A DNA stretch of 16,028 nt. It comes from Planctomycetota bacterium (GTDB lineage: Bacteria > Planctomycetota > GCA-002687715 > DRQF01). The first letter of the stretch is position 1; each line of letters starts with the position of its first letter. The notes beneath the pieces were generated by a model that saw only the letters and a list, made by a program, of their open reading frames with translations, was not told the origin of the DNA and ran no database searches. Positions 15,817-16,028 of the stretch are shown piece by piece. Made by a program: the position numbers and the translations under genes. The stretch spans positions 142,744-158,771 of the forward strand of contig JALTLO010000088.1 of assembly GCA_027001995.1 (NCBI GenBank). The letters run 5' to 3'.

Positions 15817-16028
15817 ATGGCAATCAAGAAAAGAAATAAGAAGAAGTCCGCTGAGCCTCTGGCACGCACCAGGATCTTGGCGACGTTGGGTCCGGCGACG
15901 GATAGCGACAAAACAATCACCGAGATGATCCTGGCGGGGGCGAATGCCTTTCGTCTTAACTTCTCTCACGGAACCCACGAAGAGCACGCCGCCAGGGCAA
16001 GACATGTGAGACAAATCGCCAAACGCCT
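15817..16028 (+). CDS. pyk: Pyruvate kinase, 5' fragment (runs off the window)
   Basis: Manual translation MAIKKRNKKKSAEPLARTRILATLGPATDSDKTITEMILAGANAFRLNFSHGTHEEHAARARHVRQIAKR contains the pyruvate kinase signatures T(K/R)I.ATLGP and RLNFSHG. Confidence 0.95.
   Translation, partial: MAIKKRNKKKSAEPLARTRILATLGPATDSDKTITEMILAGANAFRLNFSHGTHEEHAARARHVRQIAKR

Noticed and set aside
15733..16014. 93-aa minus-strand ORF
   Set aside because: Antisense shadow of pyk and its promoter/terminator region.

Overview
A ~16 kb bacterial chromosomal window, probably from a Planctomycetota-like organism (inferred from the sulfatase-like, DUF1565, vWA and HEAT-repeat gene content). From left to right: (1) a membrane-anchored sulfatase/alkaline-phosphatase-superfamily gene on the minus strand, truncated at the left edge and missing from the ORF track; (2) a GT4 glycosyltransferase with a long C-terminal tail carrying four degenerate repeats; (3) a secreted DUF1565/beta-helix protein; (4) a solitary Type I HsdM-like N6-adenine methyltransferase fused to a single HsdS-like target-recognition half, with no hsdR or hsdS beside it; (5) housekeeping genes yraN, yajC and mnmA; (6) a double-vWA membrane protein; (7) a HEAT-repeat lipoprotein; (8) an unannotated 33-aa single-TM ORF; (9) a Zn-finger/TM/coiled-coil/HEAT protein; (10) an intrinsic terminator and the start of pyk. 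Several intergenic regions carry long hairpins or operator-like repeats. The most interesting items are the orphan M-S fusion methyltransferase, the GT4 repeat tail, the possible trans-envelope HEAT module with its small membrane protein, and the ~100-120 nt hairpin between yajC and mnmA. All family calls come from motif recognition by eye; no database searches were run.
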